Below are positions 23,114 through 36,502 of a stretch of 64,000 bases of DNA, in pieces; the stretch's first letter is position 1, and every line of letters begins with the position of its first letter. Location of the stretch: positions 20,274,001 to 20,338,000 of the forward strand of contig NC_086108.1 of NCBI RefSeq assembly GCF_963921235.1, written 5' to 3'. The DNA is from Mobula hypostoma. Lineage: Eukaryota. The position numbers and the translations under genes are program-made. Below the pieces are notes generated by a model. The model was given only the letters and a program-made list of their open reading frames with translations. It was not told the origin of the DNA and ran no database searches.

Positions 23114-23288
23114 CAACAGAGGAAACAAAAACATTTTTGAAAGCCGAAATTTTCAAAAATTTTATATAAAGAACAGTTCTTCTTTGAAAGTAAAGTCACT
23201 ACAGCTACAAAGGACTAAATGGCTCCTTTCTGTGTTGGAGAACACTCTGCTTTCTGTAACAGCTTTTCTCTCAAATCGTTTATAAAGC
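23114..23288 (-). other. Candidate exon (175 nt) of a minus-strand transcript
   Basis: Strong donor TTG/GTAAGT at 23108-23113. Weaker acceptor TTTTTAAAAATACAG. Confidence 0.25.
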
Positions 23289-25419
23289 CTGTATTTTTAA
23301 AAATGTGTAAATTTGACTTTCACAATAACTTTTCCAAAATACTATTGAGTTGCATTTCAAACCACTGTTGTTTAAAAACGCACAATAGCCATACAGATAA
23401 GGATCAGTACTAGAAAATATACAGAATAATATCCCCAACAATGTATGTAGAGGGCAACCAAACTTCAGTCGGCAGGATAGACTCATAGGCATGTATCAAA
23501 CAGAAAAGTAACCCAATGAGCTATGTAACTAAATTTAATGATTGTCATACTTAACTGGATGGAAGAAAAGAAAGAAATTCCAAAATCAATAATTGCTAGC
23601 ATGAAATGGATTGTGTCAACATTTAAAACCTATCTGGTGAATAAAGTTGTAAACATTGATTCTTTTGAGTCCTAATCTCCAAAAATGGTGACGAAACAGC
23701 ACTGAAAATAAATGCAACAATTGCAAATTGCCTCAAGCAAAATTACTGATTGTTTTCCATGTAGATGTAAACTGGTGCCACTGTGTACACTCAGCTATAT
23801 TAGTCAGCTTGACTACAAAGACCTGCAACACACATCTAGCATTCCTGGTATGAATAGATCTTCTTCTCAACATTGTGAAAAGATGTGCATCTAAATGAAA
23901 ACAAAACCTGAAATGCGATGGTTTTGATACAATTAAAATTAATTTATTCCAACCATCTTAAAGTCCTTTTTGTAAACTCTGGACTTTATTCATGTACATT
24001 TGGCATATCAAATCTATTGACTAAGCAGCTTCAGAAACAAATTGACCACAAATGCAAATAAGTTATAATAGAAAGTTACACAATGGATCAAACGTGGTAA
24101 CTTCAAAAAGAATTAGGGGCAAATTTTGATTAGAATAAGAGAGAACAAGGACAGCATCTTTAGCATGTCTTAATGATATTTAAAAACAAAACCGGTTTAA
24201 GTACACAACCCATGAAATCTAAATAAAAATTAAAATCTGATATTTACAGATGGAAATGAGTAGAGCAAAAATCTAATGTTGTTATAAAGTGAATATCACT
24301 AGCAAATGTAGATACAAAACACTGTAGTGAATTTTTAAAAAGCCAAGGGGGATAAAGCTAAACTAGGGAATTCAGTAGGACCAGGGATCCAGAACAAAAA
24401 ACATACTTTTGAATAACTCCTTTCACAATCTCAGAACCCAACGTGTTTTGCAGCAATGAACGACTTTAGATGAGATGTAATTAGAATTGATGTAACACAC
24501 AGATCACAGCAGCCTATTTGGCCACAGCAGACCCACAATCATCAATTTGATCACCTTAAGCCTGATTATAAAGGAAATGAGAGATAAAATTTCGTCAGAA
24601 GACTGTAACAATGACAAAATAATAATGTCTCTGTTCTTCAGAATAACACCACTGGCACTTTTTCCAAGAAACGCTACAAACCAAGAAGACAACTGTTCTA
24701 TCCATTAATTCCACTCCCTTACTGCCCCTCCCCACCTTTCCCCCCGTTATTCCAACACACTGCCTGCTGGAAGGACTCATTATATCTCCTTAGTTTTGCA
24801 AAATATTTACACTTAACGTCCAATCAGTGCCCCTTTTGAATACCCCGATTATGTCTTTATCACACATGCAAACAGCAAGTTCTAATCATAACACACAGCA
24901 TTAGGAAGTTTTTCCCCCTGTGACCTCATCTGTGTCTTTTATCGTGGTATCGGAATCCTCGAGACATCCACTGATGGCAGTTTCTCTCTATTCATTCTAT
25001 GCAAACTCGTCATAATCTTGTACTGCACACCTCTGCCAAATCTCTTCACAACCTCTTGTTTACTAGCATCTCCAGTCCATCCTGGAACTGATTCGGGACA
25101 CACATACGGCTATCCTTTATCTCCACGCACTCAAGTGACATCCTAGCGAGATTTTCTTTGAGACTCAAAGGCAGGAGGAGGTCTTGAACTCATAAACCTT
25201 ACCCAGGAGCAAGAGTGGCATCAACAGAAATCAAGTAGATCGAGGGGAGTATCACCAAACCGGAAAGGGCGTGTGAAAGGTATTGGGAGGGGTGAGGGAG
25301 ACTGATTGGAGGGATAGAGGCGACTCAGGGTGGGGAGATTGGGAGGAGGTGAGAGCTGAAGGGGCCAGATAGTCCAAAGAAACATAAAATACACAGACAC
25401 CACCACCACCTGACATCCC

Positions 25420-25870
25420 CACAGTGCCGGGGCCCTGCAGCCACCCCATCTCCAAACGCGAGCATGAGGTCATCACCTCGGTTTTCCAGCGGGGCCGGGG
25501 CCTGGTCCTGTCCTCCCCGGCTTCCGCTCGTTCACTCGCGGCTCACGCTCGCGGTTCCCCCGCCACGCGCCCTCTGTTTGCCTACCTCGGGCTCGAGCTC
25601 CGGACCGGTAGCAACGTTCGGCTCTGTCCTGGGATCGGCGGACAACAATAATGCGACACTTCCGCCTTGCCAGCTCCACCAGCCGGCCGGGACGCCTTCA
25701 ATGGTCGCCGCCTACTTACCCCAGCGGCCTCGCTTCACTGACAGGCGGACGGGGACAAGGCTACTTCAACCGTTAATGTCCCCTGGGGTCCAGCCGGAAC
25801 AAGAGCCGCGTTGAAATTACATAACTCCCGTAGTGCGGGTGCAGTTCCCAAAGCACTTCCCGGAGTGTGT
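25420..25870. promoter_or_regulatory. CpG island / probable host-gene promoter
   Basis: Non-repetitive, GC- and CpG-dense stretch, unique in the window. ZNF143/SBS-like CTCCCGTAGTGC (25825-25836) and ETS-like CTTCC(G) motifs. Confidence 0.75.
25720..25850 (-). other. Probable non-coding first exon
   Basis: Consensus donor GG/GTAAGT on the minus strand at 25714-25719 inside the CpG island. The start position is approximate. Confidence 0.5.
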
Positions 25871-26443
25871 GGTGGAGCCAGGCAAAGAAATCAGCCTAGT
25901 GCAGAGGGAATTGTAAACGGAGGGTGTTACCAGATAGGGTTAGCTCCATCAACACTCTAGTCTATCCCGGGGGATCACAGGATTTGTAAAGAGGGGCAAA
26001 TATACGATGAAACATCATGGAATTAAGGACTAAGGGAAATTGGTACAGAGGAGGTGATGAGATGGAGGCAAATAAGGCATGAATATATTGAAGAAAGTTA
26101 GAATTGAGGGGCCGAAGGGTCTACTTCTGCTCCTATGTACTTCCTAATTTTATCGTGGAGGCTAATGAAGAAGTTTCCTTGGAGTGATTGTTTTGGCAGC
26201 TGGCGGAGTTCCACTGACTGACCCTCACAGCCTTCCAAGATGGGAAACTAAAGATCCGCCACCTTCAGGGTGAATAAGTTTCTCTTCATTTCAATCCTAA
26301 ACATCCTATCTCTTATTCTATGCTATGCCTCTGATCCAAGGCTTCTTATTTATGGGGAACATTCTCATGTAAAGTGTTTTAAAAGGTGAATACTTCAATG
26401 ATACTGTATATGAATTCTGAAGAACAGGACCCCAGTTTACTGA

Positions 26444-27783
26444 GCAACACACAAAATGCTGGAGGAACTCAGCAGGCCAGGCAGTATCTAGAGAAAAGAG
26501 TACAGTCAATATTGCAGGCTGAGACCCTTCAGCAGGACTACAGAAAAATCTCTCTCCCAGTGCCAAGTGCCCTCCTGCTTCAAAACATCCACCGTTGTTC
26601 CTGTACCTAAAAAGACAAGGGTAACATGTCTGAATGACCTGTGTCCTGTTGCACTCTCCTCAATAATAAGCAAATGCTTTGAGAGGCTGGTCAAGGACCT
26701 CACTGCAGCCTGCTACCATCCACACTGGACCCCCTACAATTCGCATACCAACATAACCAATCGACATACGATGCAATAGCCACAGCTCTACACACTGTCC
26801 TTACATACCTGGAGAAGAAGGATGCTTATGTGAGAATGCTGTTCTTGGACTACAGTTCAGCATTCAACACAGTGGTGTCAAGAAAACAACCTCTCCCTCA
26901 GTGTCGCAAAAACAAAGAAGCTGGTTGTGGACTACAGGAGGAATGGATACAGACTGATCCCTATTGACATCAATGATCTGGGGTTGAGAAAGTGAACAGC
27001 TTTAAGTTCCTCAGCATCCACATTACCGAGGACCTCACATGGTCTGTACATACCAGCTGTTTGGTGAAAATGGTGCAACAGTGCGTCTTTCACCTCAGAC
27101 GGTTGAGGAGGTTTGGTATGGGCCTCCAAATACTAAGAACTTTCTACAGGGGCACAATTGAGAGCATCCTGACTGGCTGCATTACTGTGTGGTATGGGAA
27201 CTGTACTTCCCTCAATAGCAGGACTCTGCAGAGAGTGATGTGGACAGCCCTGCGCATCTGTAGATGTGAACTTCCCACTATCCAGGATATCTACAAAAAC
27301 AGGTGTGTAAAAAGGGCCTGAAAGATCATTGGGGTCCTCAGTCACCCCAACCACAAACTGTTCCAGCTGCTACCATCCGGGAAGCGGTACCGCAGCCTAA
27401 AAGCCAGGACCAACAAGCTCCAGGACAGCTTCTTCCATAAGGTCATCAGACTGCTTAATTCATGTTGATACAATTGTATTTCTATGTTATATTGATTGTT
27501 CTGTTGTACATACAATTAATTATAAATTACTATAAATTGCACATTTAGATGGAGACGTAACGTAGAGATTTTTCATGTATGTGAAGGATGTAAGAAGTAA
27601 AGTCAATTAATTTCAAAAAATGGAGCTTTCAGACACTGTGTCCATTCTCCAGTCCTGCTGAAGGGTCTCGGCCCAAAACGTTGACTCTACTCTTTTCCAT
27701 AAATCCTTTCTGATCTCCTGAGATCCTCTAGCTTTTTGTGTGAGTTGCTTGGATTTCCAGCATCTGCAGATTTCCTCTTGTTT
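26444..27783. mobile_element. Penelope-derived inverted-pLTR element (arms about 26444-26540 and 27648-27783)
   Basis: Arms are inverted copies carrying degenerate hammerhead cores. 13-bp TSD CCCAGTTTACTGA at 26431-26443 and 29637-29649. Confidence 0.75.
26545..27612 (+). mobile_element. Rex1/Babar LINE fragment with internal deletion
   Basis: [15 protein letters not shown]...[16 protein letters not shown] and FKFLSIHITEDLTW...FYRGTIESILTGCITVWYG. Confidence 0.85.
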
Positions 27784-29636
27784 AGAAATATAGAAAACCT
27801 ACAGCACAATACAGGCCCTTTGGCCCACAATGCTGTGCTAAACATGTACTTATTTTAGAAATTACCTAGGGTTACCCATAGCCCTCTATTTTTCTAAGCT
27901 CCATGTACCTACCCAGTAGCTTCTTAAAAGACCATATCGTATCCGCCTCCACCAACATTGCTGGCAGCTCACTCCACGCACTCACCACCCCCTGCATAAA
28001 AACCTTGCCCCTGACATCTCCTTTGTACCTACTTCCAAGCACCTTAAAACTGTGCCCTCTTGTCTTAGTAATTTCAGCCCTGAGAAAAAGTCTCTGCCTA
28101 TCCACACGATCAATACCTCTCATCATCTTATACACTTCTATCAGGTCACCTGTCATCCCCTGTCGCTCCAAGGACAAAAGGCCAGGTTTACTCAAACTAT
28201 TCTCATGTAAATCTTCTCTGCACCCTTTCTATGATTTCCACATCCTTCCTGTAGTGAGGTGACCAGAACTGAGCACAGTATTCCAAGTGGGATTTAACCA
28301 GGGTCCTATAAAGCTGTAATATTACCTCTCGGCTCTTAAACTCAATCCCATGGTTGATGAAGGCCAATGCGTCGCGTGCCTTCTTAACCACACAGTTAAC
28401 CTGCACAGCATTTTTGAGTGTCTTACAGACTTGGACCCCAAGATCCCTCTGATCTTCCACACTACCATTAATACTATATTCTGCCATCATATTTGACCTA
28501 CCAAAATGAACCACCTCACATTTATCTGGGTTGATCTCCATCTGCCACTTCTCAACACAGTTTTGCATCCTATCGATATCCCACTGTAACCTCTGACAGC
28601 TCTCCACACTATCCACATCACCCCCAACCTTTGTGTCATCAGCAAATTTACTAACCCATCCCTCCACTTCCTCATCCAGGTCATCTATAAAAATCATAAA
28701 GAGAAGGGGTCCCAGAACAGACCCCTGAGGCACACCACTGGTCACCGACCTGCATGCAGAATATGACCAGTCTACAACCACTCCTTGCCTTCTGTGAGCA
28801 AGCCAATTCTGGATCCACAAAGCAAGGTCCCCTTGGATCTCATGCCTCCTTACTTTCTCAATAAGCCTTATATTGGGTACCTTGTCAAATGCCTTGCTGA
28901 AATCCATATACACTACATCTACTACTCTACCTTCATTATTGTGTTTAGTCACATCCTCAAAAAATTCAGTAAGACTCGTAAGGCATGACCTGCCTTTGCC
29001 AAAGCCATGCTGGTGATTCTTAATCATATTATGCCTCTCCAAATGTTCATAAATCCTGCCTCTCAGGATCTTCTCCATCAACTTATCAACCACTGAAGTA
29101 AGACTCACTGGTCTATAATTTCCTGGGCTATCTTTGCTCCTTTTCTTGAATAAGGAAACAACATCTGCAACCCTCCAATCCTTCAGAACCTCTCCCTTCC
29201 CCTTTGATGTTGCAAAGGTCATTGCCAGAGGATCAGCAATCTCCTCCCTTGCCTCCCATAGTAGCCTGGGGTATATCTCATCTGCTCCCGGTGACTTATC
29301 CAACTTGATGTTTTGTAAAAGCTCCAGCACATTCTCTTTCTTAATGTCTATATGCTCAAGCTTTTCAGTATGCTGTAAGTCATCCCTACAATTGCCAAGG
29401 TCCTTTTCCGTAGTGAATACTGAAGCAAAGTATTCATTAAGTACCTCTGCTAACTCCTCTGGTTCCATACACACTTTTCCACTGTCATACTTGATTGATC
29501 TTATTCTCTCACGTCTTATCCTCTTGCTCTTCACATACTTGTAGAATGCCTTGGGGGGTTTTCCTTAATCCTGCTCACCAAGGCCTTCTCATGGCCCTTT
29601 CTGGCTCCCCTAATTTCATTCTTAAGCTCCGTCCTG
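27784..29636 (-). mobile_element. CR1 LINE (family C), 5'-truncated
   Basis: ORFs 28203-29534 (443 aa RT, KFADDTK) and 27872-28195. TTTCTA-type tail. Confidence 0.92.
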
Positions 29637-30085
29637 CCCAGTTTACTGAAGCTTTCCTCACATGACAACCCTGCCATCCCTGGAACCAGTCTGATAAGTC
29701 ATTGTTGAATCCATCATTCCAAGTATTCCCTTTCTCTGGTAAGATGACCAAATCTGTAAAGTGACACAGTACTCTAAGTCTGGTCTCATCAAGGCCCTAC
29801 ATAATTGCAACGATTGAAATCCAGATGCAAAATCAACCACACATTTTTAATGGCAGAGTCGTCTTGATGGACTGTATAGCCTAAATCTATATAATTATGA
29901 ACCAAAACAGGAATATAAGCATGAACTTTAGAGAAAAAGTAATGCCACACTGATCAAAGTGCCCATCTAGCTAGGCCTATTTTCCCCATGTTTAACTATA
30001 TCCCCCTTTCCCATCCATGTATCTATCCAAATGGCTTTAAAATGTTGTTATTGTACCTGCCTCAACAACTACCTCTGGCATATGC

Positions 30086-30470
30086 AATGGATTCCCGTTA
30101 ATTCAGACACAATGGTACCAGTACATTTTGGCCCAATTAAGCAGCTGCCCCAATTAGCCGGTTTCATGGAAGTACTTAAAAAGGTATAGGCTAAAGAAAA
30201 GCTGCTGTTTAACTAAGTAATTAATTATGTATTTAAATGAAATATGGAACAAATTGGATTATCAATACTACTACAGTACTATAAAACTGTGTTTTAGGTC
30301 CTAATATTTATCGATGGAGGAATTCTTCGAGTGTATGCTGCCCTGTTCTTTTGTCTATATATGAACAAAATCATCACAGACACCTAGAATAGATAATAGA
30401 CTGCCTTCATTCCATACATTTGATGATTTTGACTATTGCCAATCAACTACTGCTTTTTGAAATACATGTA
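30086..30470. mobile_element. Possible degraded Tigger/pogo-like DNA transposon fragment
   Basis: End motif CAATGGATTCCCGTTAATT...CCCAATTAAGCAGCTGCCCCAATTAGCCG. No partner TIR found. Confidence 0.3.
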
Positions 30471-30477
30471 TATTGTA

Positions 30478-30754
30478 TCCCTTGGATATAGAAAAGATAG
30501 AAAAGGAGGTAAAATGGCGGGGAGGGGGGTGCGTGGAAGAGTTACACTACTATCCTGGGACAATATCACAACTACACTTAGGGGAGACATAATGGGCGGT
30601 TCAGGCACTGAGTCTATTTGGGTAAAACTCAGGAATAGGAAAGAATCAATCACTCTGATGGGATTGTACTACAGATCCACCCAATAGCTACCAGGACATT
30701 GAGGAACAGATCTGTAATTAGATTAAGGAATATGTGAAAATAATAGGGTTGTTG
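30478..30754 (+). mobile_element. CR1 endonuclease fragment (target of Gypsy 2)
   Basis: ORF 30436-30687 ...TESIWVKLRNRKESITLMGLYYR. Confidence 0.75.
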
Positions 30755-33104
30755 TGTGACAGGGTCCTGAATTACCACTAATAAACTGTGCTCGATTACC
30801 CCTATGAACTGTGCTTTTGAAAAGAGAAAGAGAGAGTTATTTAACACAAACAACTTGTTTGGAAGAGAGAGAGAGAGAGACGAAGACTGCTCATTGTATT
30901 TATACTTTCTCCAATGACATTGCCTGCTTGTACGTTCTTACACAGACAGAGAAGGGAGGAGTTATTTGAGAGACAGTCGGTACTCAGTACAATGAGATAT
31001 ATAGTAGGTCAGATGATAGACCAGGGACACATGATTTTGGACACTGAATGAGCTTTGTTGTGCCCACAGAAAAAGTGGGTTTTGGAGGATTGATCAGGCG
31101 GATCTATCAGTGGCTCTTGCAGTGTGAACAGGGCGTGACCGGTGGGGAGTTATTCGTGTGTCCAACCCTCGCCTGGGTTGATGGCTCCACAACAGAAGAA
31201 TGGTCCCCTTTGTTGTGGTCACAGTCGGTGACTTTTAAAGGATTTCGAAGGACAACGGGAAGATCGATGTCGTCAGCTCACCTGAAGACTCAAATTTCTC
31301 CCTCTCTCTCTCTCTCTCCATCACTATTCAACTCAATACCACGAACTGAACTGAACTTTACTCATCATTGTAAGACTGTATCTATTTACCCCTAGACTTG
31401 AAGAAGATTGGTTTTCATATATTTCCACACTTACTGATATACTTTATACCTTATACTTTATTGTCGCTAAACAATTGATACTAGAACACAGCGATATTTG
31501 ATTCTGCGCTTCCTGCTCCCTGAATTACAAATCGATAGTAAATATTAAAAATTTAAATTATAAATCATAAATAGAAAATAGAAAAATGGAAAGTAAGGTA
31601 GTGCAAAAAAAACTGAGAGGCAGGTCTGGATATTTTGAGGGTACAACCCAGATCCGGGTCAGGATCCGTTCAGCAGTCTTATCACAGTTGGAAAGAAGCT
31701 GTTCCCAAATCTGGCCGTATGAGTCTTCAAGCTCCTGAGCCTTCTCCCGGAGGGAAGAGGGACGAAAAGTGTGTTGGCTTGGTGGGTCATGTCCTTGATT
31801 GTCCTGGCAGCACTGCTCCAACAGCGCGCAGTGTAAAGTGAGTCCAAGGACGGAAGATTGGTTTGTGTGATGTGCTGTGCCGTGTTCACGATCTTCTGCA
31901 GCATCTGCCGGTCTTGGACAGGACAACTTCCATACCAGGTTGTGATGCACCCTAGAAGAATGCTTTCTACGGTGCATCTATAAAAATTAGTGAGGGTTTT
32001 AGGGGACAGGCCAAATTTCTTTAGTTTTCTCAGGAAGTAAAGGCGCTGGTGGGCCTTCTTGGCAGTGGACTCTGCTTGGTTGGACCAAGTCAGGTCATTT
32101 GTGATATTGACCCAGAGGAACTTAAAGCTTTTGACCTGTTTCACTTGTGCACCACCAATGTAAATTGGGTTGTGCGGTCCGCTACTCCTTCTGAAGTCAA
32201 CAACCAGTTCCTTCGTCTTGCTGATGTTGAGGGATAGGTTATTGTCTTCGTACCATGCCACCAGGTTCTTAATTTCCTCTCTGTACTCAAACTCATTATT
32301 ACCCGAAATACGGCCTACAATTGTTGTGTCATCAGCAAACTTATATATTGAGTTCAATGGAAACTTGGCTACACAATCATGGGTGTACAGTGAGTACAGC
32401 AGGAGGCTGAGTACACAGCCTTGTGGGGCACTGGTGCTCCAGATTGATTGTAGAGAAAAGCTTGTCTGCTATTTTTACAGCCTGGGTCCTGTCTGTGAGA
32501 AAGTTGAAGGTCCAGCTGCAGATCTGAGTGCTAAGGCCCAGGTTCCAGAGCTTAGGAATCAGTTTATTTGGAATGATGGTATTAAAGGCAGAGCTGTAGT
32601 CAATGAAAAGGAGCCTTATGTATGCATCGTTATTCTCCAGGTATTCTAGGGAGGAATGTAGGGCCAGAGAGATGGCATCTGCCTTTGACCTGTTGCTCCG
32701 GTAGGCGAATTGCAAAGCGTTGAGTTTGACTGGTAGGCTGTGGTTGATGTGTGCCATAACCAATCGCTTGAAGCACTTCATAGCAATTGATGTCAGAGCC
32801 ACAGGTCGATAGTCATTCAGGCATGCCATCTTGCTCTTCTTCGGCACTGGGATTATCGTTGCCTTTTTAAACAATGAGGGGATCTTAGACTGAAGCAAGG
32901 AGCAGTTGAAGATGTCAGCAAACACTCCAGCCAGCTAGTGATATACTTACTTATATATAATCATTGCTAATCTGTTTGATTTATCTGCATTTATTTTACT
33001 GTATTGCGTAGTTACTAATAAATACCATTAGTTAATAGCAATACTGGACTCCAAGGTGTTTTCCATTTCTGCTGGTTCTTTAACCTGTCACGGGGTACAT
33101 GACA
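30755..33104 (+). repeat. 5' LTR of Gypsy 2 (about 846 bp after removing the nested LINE)
   Basis: TGTGAC...TGACA termini. First about 400 bp match 40700-41105. Confidence 0.88.
31445..32938 (-). mobile_element. Rex1/Babar LINE, 5'-truncated, nested in the Gypsy 2 5' LTR
   Basis: ORFs 32377-32925 ([16 protein letters not shown]) and 31659-32357 (KFADDTT). TSD TGATATACTT at 31435-31444 and 32939-32948. Confidence 0.9.
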
Positions 33105-33108
33105 AAAT

Positions 33109-33126
33109 TGGGGGCTTGTCCAGGAT
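33109..33126 (+). promoter_or_regulatory. Primer-binding site, tRNA-Pro type
   Basis: TGGGGGCTTGTCCAGGAT, 4 nt after the LTR end. Confidence 0.85.
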
Positions 33127-33617
33127 ATGAACAAATTGGTTGGGGGGGGGGCCTGTTTGAATTGATTGGGGAAAATCCCTTTTGATTTGGTCGTCTGGAA
33201 AAACAGCAGAAATGGATGTTGCGGAATTTCTGGAATCGCCAAACCCCGTGTCCTTGACAAAAGCTATAAAGTATGAGTCGCAGGACATTGGTAAGGAATT
33301 AAAGCTTACAACGGTAAAGAAGGGTATGACTAAGAGAGAAACTCAAAGAAAAATAGTTGAATATTATGTTTCGACGAAAAAATTTACTGAGGTTGTGTTG
33401 AAAATGTTCGCAGAAGGTAAACCTACTGAGGCTGAGTTTCATCTTCAGTTGGCAAAAGTAAAGATGGAGCATAAGTTGCAACTGAAATGGCTTGAGGCCG
33501 CAGAGGCAGAAAAACAGAGACAGTTTGAGTTGGAGTTGGTGTGGCAAGGGGTTCCAGTGCCAAGCCATAGTAGGGAGCTGGTTGTACCGTTTAATTAATT
33601 AGCCAAGAAATTAAGTT

Positions 33618-36502
33618 CCTGATGACTCCACTATAATGTATGAATTTTTTAAGAAACTGAATATTCCAAAATTATCATCTAATGAACGTTCAAAACTAGA
33701 TGTACCTATTACAGTAGAGGAAATAAAGAATGCTATTTTTTCGATGAACTCAGGTAAAGCACCTGGCCCAGATGGATTTACAGTAGAATTTTTTAAAATT
33801 TTTCTCAACTACACTAACTCCTTGGCTATGTAGTGTTTTTAGGGATGCAGTGTCAATAGGTAAATTACCACAATCTTTTTATCGAGCTTCTATTTCCTTA
33901 ATTCTTAAAAAAGATAAGGATCCTACTGAATGTACATCTTATAGGCCTATATGGAATCGCCAAACCCCGTGTCCTTGAACGTCGATTCTAAGATTTTTTC
34001 TAAAATATTGGCAACTAGATTGGACAATGTATTACCCCAAATTATTTCTGCTGCTCAAACTGGATTTATTAAAAACTGTTACTCTTTTTTTTAATATTAG
34101 GAGATTAATGAATATTGTTTATACGCCTCCACCCAAAATTCCAGAATGTGTTATTTCATTGGATGCTGAGAAAGCTTTTGATAGGGTTGAATGGATATAT
34201 TTATTCAATACCCTTGAGAAATTTAATTTTGGTTCGATATTCATTTCCTGGATTAAACTGATATATTTTACCCCTTTGGCCTTGGTATTTACTAACAATC
34301 AAAGATCCCCTTTTTTTCATTCATTCCGTGGTAGTAGGCAGGGTTGCCCTCTTATTCCACTACTATTTGATATTGCCTTGGAACCGCTAGCTATTGCCAT
34401 TTGTGACTCTCCTAATATATTTCGCATTACCTGTGGAAATGAGACTCATAAATTATCACTATATGCAGATGATCTACTATTATATATTTCTAACCCAGGA
34501 ATATCTATTCCGGCAGTATTAACTTTGCTTGCTCAGTTTAGTAGTTTTTCTGGTTATAAATTGAACCGAGGTAAGAGTGAACTCTTTCCATTAAATATGC
34601 AGGTTCCCATTTATAGAAACTCTCCATTTAGAGTGATTCCTGAGATTTTACTTATTTGGGAGTTAAAATTACTAAGAGACATAAGGATCTATTCAATTTC
34701 AACCTTTTACCATTAATTAATCAGGTTAAACAACTGATTACTAAATGGTCCCCTTTGTCTCTATCACTGATTGGCCGTATTAATGCTATTAAAATGATTA
34801 TTTTACCCAAATTTTTATATTTATTTCAAGCGATACTGATTTTTATTCCTAAATCTTTTTTTGATACTATTGATTCTAAAATTTCCTCTTATATATGGCA
34901 AAACAGAAATCCCAGATTAAGTAAAAAATACTTACAAAAATCTAAGAAAGAGGGTGGTTTGGCATTACCTATCCTAAGATTTTACTACTAGGCAATTAAT
35001 ATCCGATATTTAATATTTTGGACACAAGATTGGAATACAACTCCAAGCCCATATTGGGTAAACCTTGAAGGCTATTCTGTACAAGGGTTTTCTTTAGCTT
35101 CCATTTTAGGAACTTCACTGCCTTTTGCACTATCAAAATTGAATAAACAAATTTTCAACCCTATAGTTAAACATACATTGTGAATATGGTTTCAATTTCG
35201 TAAATTTTTTGGCCTGAATGAATTTATGTTATCAAGCCCTATTATATCTAATTTCTTTTTCCAACCCTTGGTAATGGACCAAGCCTTTTTGATATGGAAA
35301 ACGAAAGGTATAATATGTCTTCGTGATCTATTTCTGGATAACTGCTTTATGTCTTTTGAGCAGTTACCTGAGAAATTTGATTTGCCTAGATCTGATTTTT
35401 TTAGATACCTACAAATAAGAAATTTTTAAAATACTACGTTGCCTACCTTTCCGACTTCAAATCCTTCTGGCATTTTTGATAAAATTTTAGGTTTTAATCC
35501 TTTGCAGAAGAGATTAATAGCAATAATTTATGATATAATTATGAAATTACCACCAGATATATCTGATAAAACCAAAAATGAATGGGAAAGGGAACTTCAA
35601 CTTTCCCTACCTATAGAGAAGTGGGAAAAAAAATTTCAATTAGTTAGTATTTCTTCTATCTGTGCTAAACATGCATTAATACAATTTAAAGTAGTAAACA
35701 GAGCTCATATGTCCAAAGATAAACTAGCTCGTTTTTATTCCCATATAAACCCTACTTGTAATAGATGTCACTCTGAAGTGGCTTCTTTAATTCATATGTT
35801 TTAGTCCTGTCCTCTTTTGGAAAAATATTGGAAAGACATTTTTGATATTATTTCAACAGTTCTACACTTCAATTTAAAACCCCATCCTATGACGGCAAAC
35901 TTTGGATTGCCAATGGTAGAACATAGATCTTTGTCTTCTTCAGCTTGTCAAATGATAGCTTTTTTTACTTTAATGGTGAGAAGATCTATTTTGTTGAACT
36001 GGACGGAAGCTAATCCTCCAACTACATTCCAATGGTTTTCTCAAACCGTATTAAGTTTAAATTTAGAAAAAATTAGGAGTGATATTTTTGACCCTTCGAT
36101 TAAATTTGAAGAAACTTGGAAACCTTTTATGCAACATTTTCATATGATGTAATCTGACCTTTCTGAATCTTTTTTCTAAACTTAAATTATATGATGAGAG
36201 GAGCGGAGTTAACGACATTATTGAACGTGTCTGATACAAGCTGTTGGTCTAGCCCTCTTTTGCTTTTTTTGGGGGTTTTTTTGTTCTTTTTTTCTTTTGT
36301 GTTTTTTTTGTTTATATTTTTTTCTTTTTATTTCTTTTTTAATGATTAATTTCATTATGAGTTTGGAAGTCTTTTATATACATGTTACTTAAAATTCATT
36401 TTATATATGCTGTTGAACATTATTCCAATCTCTTTGTACTAACTTTGTTATTGAGTTTATAATTTTGAAAAATTAATAAAAGGATTTAAAAAGAAAGAAA
36501 GA
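33618..36502 (+). mobile_element. L1/Tx1-clade LINE, 5'-truncated ORF2, nested in Gypsy 2 gag
   Basis: KAPGPDGF, SLDAEKAFDRVEW, RQGCPL, LYADD and a CxxC...H zinc knuckle. AATAAA then (GAAA)n tail. 13-bp TSD AAGAAATTAAGTT at 33605-33617 and 36503-36515. Gag QEIKL-VPPF is restored on removal. Confidence 0.92.

Larger units (their letters stand above)
26230..29850 (-). mobile_element. Old CR1 fragment split into 26230-26443 and 29650-29850 by a composite insertion
   Basis: CR1 RT C-terminal sequence reads through once the block between the CCCAGTTTACTGA duplicates is removed. ORF 29658-29840 LQLCRALMRPDLEYC. Confidence 0.6.

Noticed and set aside
25424..25814. Arg/Pro/Gly-rich ORFs in the CpG island
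   Set aside because: Expected from high GC content. Mostly non-ATG starts and no known motif.
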